DNA of 64,000 nucleotides from the NCBI GenBank assembly GCA_965153455.1, contig OZ234494.1:7130001-7194000 (forward strand), in the 5' to 3' direction. The notes under the pieces were generated by a model. It was not told the DNA's origin and made no database searches. It worked only from the letters and a program-made list of their open reading frames with translations. Below are positions 38,278-50,600 of this stretch, one piece after another. The stretch's first letter is position 1, and each line of letters begins with the position of its first letter. The DNA is from Sphagnum compactum. Lineage: Eukaryota. The translations under genes and the position numbers were made by a program.

Positions 38278-40199
38278 CGGTTCTCGCTTCGTATCTAAAG
38301 AGGGTCCTATACTGTCATCCGAGGTACGATGTCCAGCAAAACAGTCCAAATCTGCCCTAGTAGCCTGATCTCCCGAATGAAATTTCAGATCTCAACAGAG
38401 CTCGCACAGCACAATCTGTCGAACGTTATACGAAACTCTCTTAAAAAAAGATTTCACCCGGGACTCATATCTCATTTGCGCCTGCAAAATATTTTATGAA
38501 ACCCCAAAACCAAAAGCTCAAGGAAAACAACATTCTAGCAAACCAGGAAAGGACGAACTCCACACGCGATTAAAACCCCATCAAAATGAGCTAATTTCCA
38601 GACTCGCTCGGGAACGTGCACAAATAATCTGCGGATCGAATGCAAACCGCTCCACCGTAGCGACCAGTGCAGTCACCGTCAACAAAAGCTCCAGAGATCG
38701 AGATTTCGACCACGCTCAAGGATCCCTGCCGCTGTTTCCCGAGAATCAGAAAGCGAAACGAAAAGCAACCAGCTGTGGCCGTGTTTCCGTGATGATCTTT
38801 TGTATGTGCGCGTTGCAGGGGAGCGTGATGCGAAAGACAACTGCGCATGAGGCGTGTCCGGCCTCATCATTATCAAGCTCTGAAACCAGCATCCAGCGTT
38901 CTTCCGTGCGCTTCTTCCGCCAACACCACAAGCAACGCCAGGAGTCCGTAATTTGACCTTGCGTTCCCACAACCAGACAAGAAGTCAAGTAGAGCACAAG
39001 ACAAGTAGGAAGTAGTTGCGGGTTCAAATCACCACCACGTCATGCTTTCTTCTCCCTGATGCCCCACCCCCCCCCGTCTCCGAACAACCGAGTTAATAAT
39101 CGTCCGCCCCAGTGAACCAGCACCCACGAACCACCATGGATGGATGGTGCGGGGACAGGGCACTTTTTCCCAATGGGTTCTTGATCCCCAGCTAACCTCC
39201 CCATAGCCCAAGGTCCTAAAAGTGTGCCAGGGGTCCTACAATGTATCCCAATACCTAAATGCCACTAAGTGCATTACCTACTTACTGACCTCTAAATAAC
39301 CCCAATGGCATAATTCAACAGGCGATGAGGCCATTACAGAAATTTCATTATTCAAATCCTTCTAACTTTAACACTCAAGAATTGGTTACCCCTACCATCT
39401 ATCTATGAAGCAAGGTAATTTGTTTGTTTTGTTTTGTACCGATGATGAGATCCACCAAACCCGGATGCTTCAGATTGTGTTCTTGGTCTCTTTGGAAAGC
39501 TCTCGAGGAGGAGGGGGTGCCTTGGCTTGGTTTCATGACCCTTGGGTAACAGCTGAGGCTGGGGCATTCTCTAAATAACAGGCCCTTGAGGCTGAAGGCA
39601 TAGGACCTGTTAGTCAAGAACGCCTCAGCCTGACGGCATTGCATGGTGTAAAAATTGATACAAAGGGAGGGAGGGAGGGAGGCACAACCCATGGTCAAAA
39701 TGCGGGGAAGCGCTTTTGATTCCTTTTCTTCAAATGAGAAAGGGCTATTTACTACAATTCAATAAATAATAACGATGTGCACCGGGAGTCATTTAAGTTA
39801 GTGTAGAATTCGTTGTAGCTTTGAAGATAAACGTTTTGAAGTTAAACTAATTAACTTAATATCCAATTTCATTCCATAAACGGGCACTCAATGCTAACAT
39901 ATCATTTGTTTCAACCACCAAGTCCAATTGTCAGACCATTTTAATTTGGTTAAAAGTTAAAACCTTCATCATACTTTTTGACAACTCTGCTTGACCAAAG
40001 ATATTAAGTTTGTGTAATTCAACCCCTGAGGTAACATGCCCTATCTGATCACACATGTGTAAATAATTCATCAAGCTTAGCATTATAACGATGGATACGA
40101 CACTAAATTTTTTTATGGAATGCATCTTAGAAATTTAGTATTAGAATTTGTTTCCTCTAATGCTTCCAAGCTGTGCCTCCGATTACATTGCCCACAGTT

Positions 40200-41400
40200 A
40201 CTTTCTCAAATTTCCATACAAACTGCGGGTCATCAATCAACTCCATAAACACTTGTTATTATCTTTTGAATTTGATACCAGGTTTTCTAATCCTTTTTAC
40301 ATATGTGGATAGCACATGATATTTGTCACTCTTATCAATGCCTATCCAAGTGATAATATTTGGATTTTGTTAACGCCTACTACTTGGCAATTACAATAAT
40401 GGGTGCTCAAATCTTCATCATCAATACATTAATATTCCCAAGAGTAATAAAATTTAATAATATTTTTTCATGAATTTCATGCTTGTTGGCTCCATAATAA
40501 AAGCAAGATTCGTAATGAAACATCGATAAAATTGTGCCATCTCATTAAAAATTTGAATATGTTTATACTAGGATTCATGGCTTAAGTTCCTACCACAAAC
40601 ACATTGGGTACTATTGTTGTAATGTTTGGAAGAATAGGTTGATGAACATTCATCATCCCTTCCCTCAATAATTGCCTTAGTCTATCATCAACAAATGGGC
40701 AACGATTGAACACGTTTTACTTGTTGATAGTATGAACAGGTTACAGTTCCAACACCCTGGTTTCCTCCTAAAACCGGTCTATGGTGTGGTACTTATGATC
40801 TTTCACCTTGACCAGGTGTTGATATCGCTAGCCAGGTGCCTTGTTGGTATGTGGTTTTTTGCCAAACAATTGTTGCTCTTGTTCAGGGTTCAACAGGTTC
40901 TAGATTTGGTATGGAAACTGATTGAATTGAAGGTCTTCGGTCAATGTGACGAAGTTGCTCCAACTTGTTGAGCAGTTGAAGTCGTTCGACATTCGAATTA
41001 GTGGGTACCAAATTGAGGTTGGCAATTAATGGTTGGTTTTGAAAACTAACAACTGTTGCAATTGGTGTAGGTGCACTGGTTCTGGGTAAATAATAACTTG
41101 GGGTTGCAGATTGCCATGGTTGTTTTGCTAAGATAACTTCATCAAACAACCGAATTGTCATCATGATGAACACGTTTCATTGCCCGTGGTTGGGTTGATG
41201 TATGTGGTGTTACTTGATGAATTGTTGAGAATGTAGCTGGGTTTTTCTACACAACCGTTTTGGCTACATTTTGATGTTGCTCATTGGCTTCCCCCTTTGT
41301 GTTGCATCCGTGTTTGGTGCATTCACATGTTTGTTTCCCATAAGTTGCACTTGTTATTCATCTTGCTCTTGTGCAGGTTTTGGAACAGGCTGATGTGTAA
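40200..41400 (-). mobile_element. Eroded LTR-retrotransposon gag-like relic
   Basis: Minus strand ~40750-40680 reads VTCSYYQQV..., frameshifted into NRCPFVDDR (decayed CCHC-knuckle-like motif), preceded by a P/Q/T-rich linker ORF (40883-41173). Confidence 0.4.
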
Positions 41401-44400
41401 CATGTTTTAGTTGTTTATTAAAACTTGTAGTAAACATTCTTGACATTTTTTTAAATCAATCAGTTTTAGGAAAAACTTTACATTATTTTTTAACATAAAA
41501 CTAAAATGACCCCTCCCAACAATGAAGAATTTGTAGAAAATTTCTTTTATAGTTTGGGTGTTAATCTCCATCAAAAAATTTACATTAACCTCACCCTATC
41601 TCTTAATGTTTTCAAACTAAATCAGAAAACAAAAATTCGAATCCTAAAATTGACACAAAACAAATAAACTTAATACAAACCAGATTTTCAAATAAATTTG
41701 CTACTTAAATCTCATCTACTAAAATCAATAATTCTAACCAAAAATTCTAAGCATGATGGTTTTTTAATTTTAATCCACTACGTGGTGACCAAATGTTAAC
41801 TGGTTTTTTTATTCCTAGTAAGTTTTTAACTTCTAAGTCTTTTGACAACATGTTCCTAAAACAACAATAGGTACATTAATACTAAAATTCTAACTTTTTC
41901 TACGACTCCTATACTTAACATGTAGTCAAATTGCACAAAGCTTCAAGAAAATCTTGCTAAAACAAAATATGTTTTCATGTTTCCAAGTGAAGAAGAAATA
42001 CATCAAAAAATCTCCCTGAACAAGTTTGTCCTCTTAGTCTTTATACTAACTAATTCAAAATTCAAACAATTATATCAGACCATTAAACATTCATTAATTA
42101 ATACTAAGCTAACAATCCAAAATTTTAAAAAGTTACACCCTATCTAACCACCTATTCCACTACCTATTCTACTAACTACATGTCGAGTACCAACAAGTCA
42201 ACTTGTCTACTCACCCAATGTAATGTTCCCTATCTCTTTTTGTAACCAATTAGATCAATGCCACAAATTAGGTTAATATAATATGTTGGTTGGACCCCCT
42301 GATAAGTATAACAACTTTTCCTAACCTATAATTTGGGTAACACCCAACTCAAAAGAGAGCCAAAGTTGCCTTCGATTATGAGTAAGTCGGATATTTACGT
42401 TGTTTGTCTTATTTGTTGCTAATGTGAAAGTTCATATTGTTGCTAATGTTCTCTTTAATGAACTCCCTTTACAGAAATATCTGTTGGAATGGGTTGGCCA
42501 CAATTCCCTTTTATGCGCGAAGTGATTTTTTCCCTAGCCCCCCCTCAAGCCAATCATTATCTAGTTATGCAAAAAACATGGCTAGACTAATGGCTTCGCT
42601 AGCCTCTCCACCTAAGTTGTTAAGCTTTCTACCAAAAACCTTTATGTGCTTCAACATATGGGGCACAAACTTTTATAGAATTATGTATTCAGAATTGATT
42701 GATCATCGAGATTATTATTGGGTGTCCACATGATAGATTACCTCATTGTTTCAAGAGTAGGCCTCACGAGATTCTTTATTGTCAAAGAATATTTTGCCAC
42801 ATAGGATTGTGTTAAAGAATGTTTTATCATGTATGATTTTGTTAAAGAATATTCTACCACAATATGGATGGATATGTCAAAAAATATTCTAATGACATGT
42901 GAAGAATATGCTTTAAAATATTCTTTTTGCTCATGCTCATAGTCACACACTCACGAAAAAATAACATCCTTGGCTATAGTCCATGGAGATTATTAAGGCA
43001 GAAAGAGATTTGTTAGAGCAAACTTAGGAGGAGGATTAGAAGTACTTGGCCTTAAAGAAGCAAGCGAATGAATTTGAAGCAAAATCTACAACATTACAAT
43101 GAAACAATCAATAGTTTAGAGCATATTGTCAAGGAATAGGATGCAAAGATCCTAAAACTCAAACAAGAAATTTAGATTACTATGCAACTAAAAAATGAAG
43201 TAGTTTTGGTGAAGGAGGCGATTCAAGTTACATGCAATAGATCAATATAGACTTTGTAGCATGATGTCAAACATGTACAAGTAGTTGTGAACACATTGAC
43301 AACCATGGATCCTTAACTTTCTAAGCACAAACTATGGGAATATGATAGTCTTCTCATGCAAAATACTATCTTGAGAACCAAACAGAAGTCCATGAAGTTA
43401 AAAACATTTGAAATTGATGACTACTGGAATTTGGTACATGATATTCTGTAAAAAGATGTACATGGATGTTTGATGATTATTTAGAGCAAATGAAGCAAGT
43501 TATAGGAGGAAGCTAAATGCACATAAGGAAGCCTACCCATAATTTGTATATGTATCACCCTTTGTAACTCTAGAAAACAACTTTGCATCATCAAACATAG
43601 ACTAGTTTAAGGCAAGTATAAGTGGAAAAACACATGAGGTGTAGTCAATAATACTTGAAGAATTGAAAGGAGGAGCTTCCATGGAGAAAGTTATTGTGAA
43701 GCATGAAGATGTTCATGGGGTGGTAGTTATAAAAGTAATAAGAGTAATTACAATAACAACTACTTCATACATAATTGTGCATGAATATTTTGGTTTGCAA
43801 GCATAAACATTAAAAATGAAAAAATGGGTTTCTAAAATCAACTAAACATGTTTTTTCATATTATTATTTTTTGCACGTGATGTGCATCTAAAGCTTGGAA
43901 AATTTGAACCTAATGGATATAAAAAAGTAGCCAAATTATTCAATGAAAGAATCATTTCCCTTGCAACCTTTGCTTCAAAATTTTAAGACTTTATGTTTTT
44001 TTTATATAATTTTTTTGAAATCAATTGCATCATAATATGCATTCCTTTACATTCTTTTAACAAAAAAACTGTAATATGGACACTTGATTCCTTTTGAGTC
44101 GAAAGACTTAAAAGGAATTCTATACAACATCCAATAATTGTTGGATTTTTTTTTAAAGCTTGTTTTTTCAATAATATAATTGCAGGAACACAAAAATACA
44201 CATATTTATAATATACTAGACACTACAAAAATCTAATATGTGAAATGATAAAAACAACTTTGGTACTTCCAAGAGATCCCACTTTACTAGACCCCCTCAA
44301 GTAGTTGCTAGAAATCAAAACACGGGGAATATAATGGAAAAACCAAATTGACAAAACAAATGAATGGGCGGCATGGTGATGGGCAAATGTGAAGATAGAC

Positions 44401-46339
44401 AAAGAAAGTCTTGCATTGCCCAAACAAATTATAAACATTCCAAAGGAGGATAGGAAGACTACCACTAGGTGATGTTTACACATGCCATGGATTTCTTCCA
44501 AGAACGCACAAGTTTGAAAAAGCCAATTCCAGAACATTTCTTCACAAGCTTATTAAGTAGAGAGGATGAGAGTGGACACATAAGAATTAAGTAGAAGAAT
44601 GGCAGGCGAGAAATGGGATAGTATAGAATAAAAATTTCTATCCATTATCCATTTGTCTAAAAGTGAAAGTGACCTAGAAGAATGCAATTTGTTCCATAAG
44701 GATTACAATGAATATAATGCAACAAAGAAGTTGATTTAAAAGATGAGATCAATTGAAGCAAGGATAGATGAAGTTAGATAAGAAGATGTTAGGAGAGAGT
44801 TATAGGTTGCAAATTTTCAATGGGTGCAATTATTCTATAAATAAATAATATAATGAAAATCTTATTGAACCTTCATAGTTGCGGTGCATAACTAAGGTCC
44901 AATTGAAAGTCTAAAGTAAAGTCTAGTGCGAAGTCTTGCGACACCATTGGTATTATGAACAATAAGGAAAGTGATTGATTTCTCATGATATAACATATCA
45001 TGCAAAGACTAGGCGTGCAATGGATTAAAAATGATAATGCTTCATTTTTTCTGATTGAAGATGTGTAAAGTTGTGTAAATATGTATTCTTTATTTTTCGT
45101 GATGATACATAGAATGGTATACACAATTGAGTAAGAGTAGTAAACTACATTCCATGGAAAAAAACATAATGTATCATTTGTTGTTGACTAGAGGTTGGGC
45201 TCTCGTTGGATTCTGTAGTGCACACAATTTACTAAATTCCAATGTCTACGAATTAAGGAGACAAAAGGAGTATCAAGATTTGCACTATCCATTTAGATTG
45301 GAAGTTTTGAACATTGGAGCATTTTGAAAAAGTTTATTGATAAAGTTACATAACGAACTAGATCCAAAGTCATAGGTGAATCAATTCAATGCCTAGTCGT
45401 CAACAAAATGCAATCATAAATAAGATATATTTTCCTAGTCTGTGTAAGCAAAGGATGAATGTGAATGAGCACCCTCAAAAAAATGATGATAGTGCAAAAA
45501 GGTTTGTGGTTTGAAAGTGGATATAAATATATAAAATTGATTAACACAAGAAAAATGTCTAAAGAAAAATTAAGATTCAATTACAAGCAAATAGAAGATT
45601 GGAAAAGTTGTTTTTTAATAAACTACTAAAATTGAGCTAAACAAAATATAGGATAAATGTGTCCAACAAAGAAGGGAACACAACTATTACAATTGGTTAG
45701 GATTATAACTTGTCTATGGAAACCATAAATTGATGGTATGAGGGCCACAGTGTGACATCACCTAGGATTGCACCATGAAGTATGAATGGTGAGTGGATAG
45801 AAAATAATTTTTTGTTGGGTTAATGTTCTCCAAATAATCATGGTGATTACTTAAGTTGCTTCTTTAAGAAGGTTGCTAGTTGGAAGGGAGTGGGTGCTAA
45901 ACAAAAAAAACAAATGGCATAATGGGAAAATGACAATGATATTATGAAAAATAGAACATTTAAACAAAAAGCATTTTTTGATTTTAATTTCGTTACAATA
46001 GTTTATTAATTGTAGTTAGTTAATTGCCCAAGCACGTTGTCCACGAAAACCTAACTCATGCTTTCCATGTGTTTGGATTTAATCGATAATTCCCAATTAG
46101 TGATAGAATATGTACAAGTCTTAAATGTGGGGGTAGAGAATACATGAATAATTATCCAAAGATAGTTCCAAGTAGATTTTCATTTAAGATCCCATATATG
46201 TCTCCCCATTCGTAATTTCAATAAATGGTTAATTAAGAGAATGTATTTCTATAAATTATCCAAACACTTAAATACATGTTGGATATAAGTTCAATATATT
46301 GGCCCTAAACTATATATATATATATGTATGTTGGAAATA

Positions 46340-47517
46340 CATTTAAATATAAATTGTATTTGCTATTGATCAATAATTGTTCTTGATAATTCAAGACCAA
46401 ATAGATATATGCACTAAAAAAGTTAATGTTTTTTGATAACTATAAAGACAAGATAAATGGAATTTCTATGATTGACAAACTCCGCCCCTTATGGTCAACA
46501 CCAACCATAGGGGGGAGGAAAATTTCCAATGTACTAATTGTTGATGATATAATTATTGATGGTGTAATAGTTCTAGCCCTAGGCTAGACTTTTGAATGAA
46601 AGATGAGAGTAATGTTGGTCAATTTTATGAAATGTTGAGAAATTTATGAAATCGATATGCTATTATTGGGAAATCAATGTTCTAGATTCTTGTAGATCAT
46701 AGCACTACATGCAATGGTTTTTGCCACATTAAAGCAGTGAAGAATTGATATTCTTTTACCTGAATGGATTTTCCAGTGAATAAATCATTTAAATATAAAT
46801 TGGATTTGTTATTGATTAATAATTATTCTTGATAATTCAAGACCAGATAGATATATGCACTTGAAGAATTAATGTTTTTTTATAACTAGAAAGACAAGAA
46901 AAATGGAATTTGAATGATCGACAAACTCCATCCCTTATGGTTGACACTGACCATAGGGGGAAGGATAAAAACCAATGGAATAAAGAACATCACAAACTTG
47001 TTTCATACAAGGTTTAATGCTTTTCCAACACTTTAACAATGTGTTGAAGGTTAAATGTTAATTAAATGTTGATACAATCATTGATATGATGTTATGATTG
47101 CATTGTAACACATTGTGATGATCAAACATTATGTTTCAATGTCATTACAACATTATGTCAATAATTAATCAACACTTAATTAACATTTAACCTTGAACAT
47201 ATTGTTACAGTGTTATAAAGGCATAGATACATGGAGGGGGCAAGTTTGTGATGAATGAATACAAATAACATGGTGAGAATCAATGTACTAATTGTTGATG
47301 ATATAAGTATTGATGGTGTAATAATTATGGCCCTTGCATAGAATTTGAAAGAAGGATGAAAGTAATGTTGTTTGATTATATGAAATGTTGAAAATTTTAT
47401 GAAATGGATATGATATTATTGGGAAATCAATGTTCTAGATTCTTATAAACTGGAGCAATAAATGTAATGGTCTTTGGCACATAAAAGTAGTGAAAATTTG
47501 ATATTCTTTTACCTGAA
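46340..47517. repeat. Tandem duplication of a ~430-450-bp unit; the second copy carries an extra ~308-bp segment
   Basis: CATTTAAATATAAATTG... starts at 46340 and 46786 (period 446); both copies end ...TTCTTTTACCTGAA (~46764 and ~47517). Confidence 0.9.
46988..47253. mobile_element. Foldback/MITE-like element (266 bp) that is nearly palindromic along its whole length
   Basis: Terminal CATCACAAACTTG / CAAGTTTGTGATG (perfect 13 bp) and long inner arms (aacactttaacaatgtgttgaaggttaaatgttaattaaatgttgat vs atcaacacttaattaacatttaaccttgaacatattgttacagtgtt). Confidence 0.85.
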
Positions 47518-47649
47518 CTAAAAATATGTTGAAGAATGTGATAGAAACAAAGAAGTGGAATAATATTGAGAAAAGATATTTCTTGAACATAGTTTTAAAA
47601 AAAAACAAGTACCCCAATAGTTGTTTCAAACAAATCGTGGAAATTGCAA

Positions 47650-50600
47650 ATGAAATTCTACAACAAACTCTCTATTGCCTCATAATTAATAAGCTCTAAC
47701 ACACCATTGTTGAATGTTAATGATTCATGATTTCGAAGAGGGTAAGGAGGCCAAGTGTTGAGCGATGTCCTCTCCATAATTAGGCAAGGATTTGCCCACA
47801 GGGGGGCTTGGAAAAAAGTAACTCCAAGCATACAATGGAATGGAACAAGAACAATCAAGCTGAATATACACAAGACATTAGCATCAAAATGGAGGTAGAG
47901 CATTTTAAAAAAATGCATTGAAAGATGAATAATTTCAACATACTCACAATCAAAATTTATTCATGCTTTCTTCTTCGCCGAGGAATTAGGGGCTTTCGAA
48001 CAATCAAACCAAGCTCAACTTGAGGTTTAGCTTGCTCCAAAAAAGGTTTGACAACCTCTTCATAAACATCATTGTCTAGTTCCAAAACAAAAAGATCGTG
48101 GCCAATGGATTGACAAGCTTGAATGCAATTCCCTACAAATCAATTAGAACAACAAATATTAGAATAAGTAGAAAGCACAAAATATGATTTGAGCTTGAAA
48201 ACACAAGTAACTCAAACATACTAGTGGATGAGTTCATGTTGACAATAGGCGAACTAGCAAGGTAGGACAGGTCAATCAGAGCTAATGTAGACACATGCAT
48301 CTCTTGACCTCTTCGGAATGGGACACCTATGCTAGACTTTTCCATTGTCTCAAGATTAATACCATTGTAGAAGATATATATCGTCCTCTCCCAAGGAAAC
48401 ACCAACCCTCATCATTCCTTGGTGACTTTCTTGAAATTGGAAGCCACCCATCTTGCGAACAAAAAGAGTCACCCAACTTAATCTAGTTTGCAAGGTGGGG
48501 AAAGAGAAAAGTTTTTCCCAAATGACTCTCTAGAACATAGAATATGGCCATAAGAACCAAATAAATTGTTAACCTTGTATAAGGGTGGCATCGTTGACAT
48601 CATTGGCTTTTGGTTCTTCATGTTGCATAAAAGTTGGGGCCCTTACAATCATGGAAATATATGTATAATGTAAGCAACATTGCCAAACTTACATTCAAAA
48701 GTTCCTTTTGAAAACATATATGAAAATGTGCCAAGGAAGCATATATGAGCAATAATTTTATCAATGAATTTACATGAGCATGATAATTAATAGTCAACAT
48801 GTATAAGACTCATCATATTGGAATTTGTGAACCCTATGCAAATTTATCAAATTTCATAAGTTTCACAAAGGAGAAACCCAAATAGCTCTTACATGTAGAA
48901 TTGATAGTTGTTCAAACATGATAACAATCAAGAGACAATTATAATAAAATAATGACACTTACCATCATATTTAGTAACAATTGTCTCAAATATGTGTACA
49001 TCAACCAAGTTTCATCTTGGTTTTGGAATGTCCTCTAGACAACCCTCTCCTTCCATTGTAAGTGCTTCATGAGGATCACTATAATGTGTTTTTTATTATG
49101 GCACCTGCAATATGTTTTTAGCTTATAATGTGACAAACTTTGATGGAAAATCTATAGCAACATCACTAGTTGGTGAAGTTGGAGGTGTAAGTTTGCCTAC
49201 ATTGTCTACACATGAAGCTAAGCCTAGATGGCTAAAACTTATTGCACTCCACTGTGCTTTGTCTTCTATTACAACAAATGTGGAACCTGATGACCCCATC
49301 TCAGTCTACTTTAGGCCAGACATAGTGGTCCTTAAATGATGCAATACACAACAATTAAATTAGTATATAGGTCCCTTGACAAAACTAAATGGATTGTTAG
49401 GCAAAAGAATCACATGCTTACCACATGACACAAATGACAGAGCTCAAAGGAATCATAAATGTTTATTGAAGCATTCCATTCATGATTGCAACAATTATTA
49501 ACCAAAGCATTTGATTCAACAACAAATAAATAATTTGATCCTTAGTAGAACAATCACTTCATGAGCAAAGGAATCAACTAGTTGACAAAGGATCAAGGAT
49601 ACATAAGGCATAATAGTTAATTGTTCATTAAGTAAGCACTTGGTTCATAGGCAAAGGATTAGATTCATGTGCCATGTAAAGTAGTCAATTGCTTAACTAG
49701 AAGTAATCAATTCATGGGCATAGGGATTTTGTGTTTAACCAAGCATTCAACTCATGGGTTAAAGAATTGTCCACTTATAAAAGGATTGAAGTGATTAGGC
49801 AAATAATCAATTGTTTAATTCAAACCACTGAATTCATGGACTTGGGCATTTTGTGCTTAGGAAAAACACTGACCTCATGGGATTAAGGAATCAACTACTT
49901 ATCAAAGGATAGAAATTAATGCGAAAGGTAGTAGTTGTTTAACAAAGCACTGAATTCATGGGCAACTTGGGGTTATGTGCTTAAGAAAACACTTAACTCA
50001 TGGGGTTAAGGAATCATCTACTCATTAAAGGACTAAAATCAGTGCCAAAGGAATTAATTGCTTAACAAAGCAATGAATTCATGGGCAAATGGATCTTGTG
50101 GTCAACAAAACACCCAAATCATGCAAGTAAAAGAATCATCTACTTACTAAAAGATTGAAATCAATGCCAAAGGAATCATCTACTTACCAAAGGACTAAAA
50201 TCAGTGCTAAAGGAATAAAATGTTTAACAAAACATTTGATGGAAAGGAAAAGGAATAAATGAACTACTTAATTCAAGAATGAAAAAGCAACCAATTGCTT
50301 AAAATGGAAATGAATATTTGGTTACCAAATTTGTCATCTTGATTGAATAAGCAGTAAACCCTCAATGAAAGATTTTTTCATTTGAAAAAACCAATAAAGA
50401 CCCAAGACTTTTAGATAGAAAGTAACTAAGTGCCAATCACCTACGCAAATAATGGGAAATTCAGCTCTAGGAATATGAATAGGTTGAGGACCTTAAGGAG
50501 ATGAAAACAACATATACACAAACAAAACAAGCTGTAATGTATGAGTTCATCAACATTATAAATATTGAATTCACTCTATCAAAGCATTAATAGTCCAACA

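Noticed and set aside
38278-38349. 24-aa N-terminal extension of the CDPK in the ORF track
   Set aside because: It begins at TTG; the ATG at 38277 gives the canonical MGNC acylation N-terminus.
42950-46300. Possible decayed transposase on the + strand, and CACTACAAAA at 44221
   Set aside because: Too many stops to identify a family; the CACTA-like 10-mer has no partner end or subterminal repeats.
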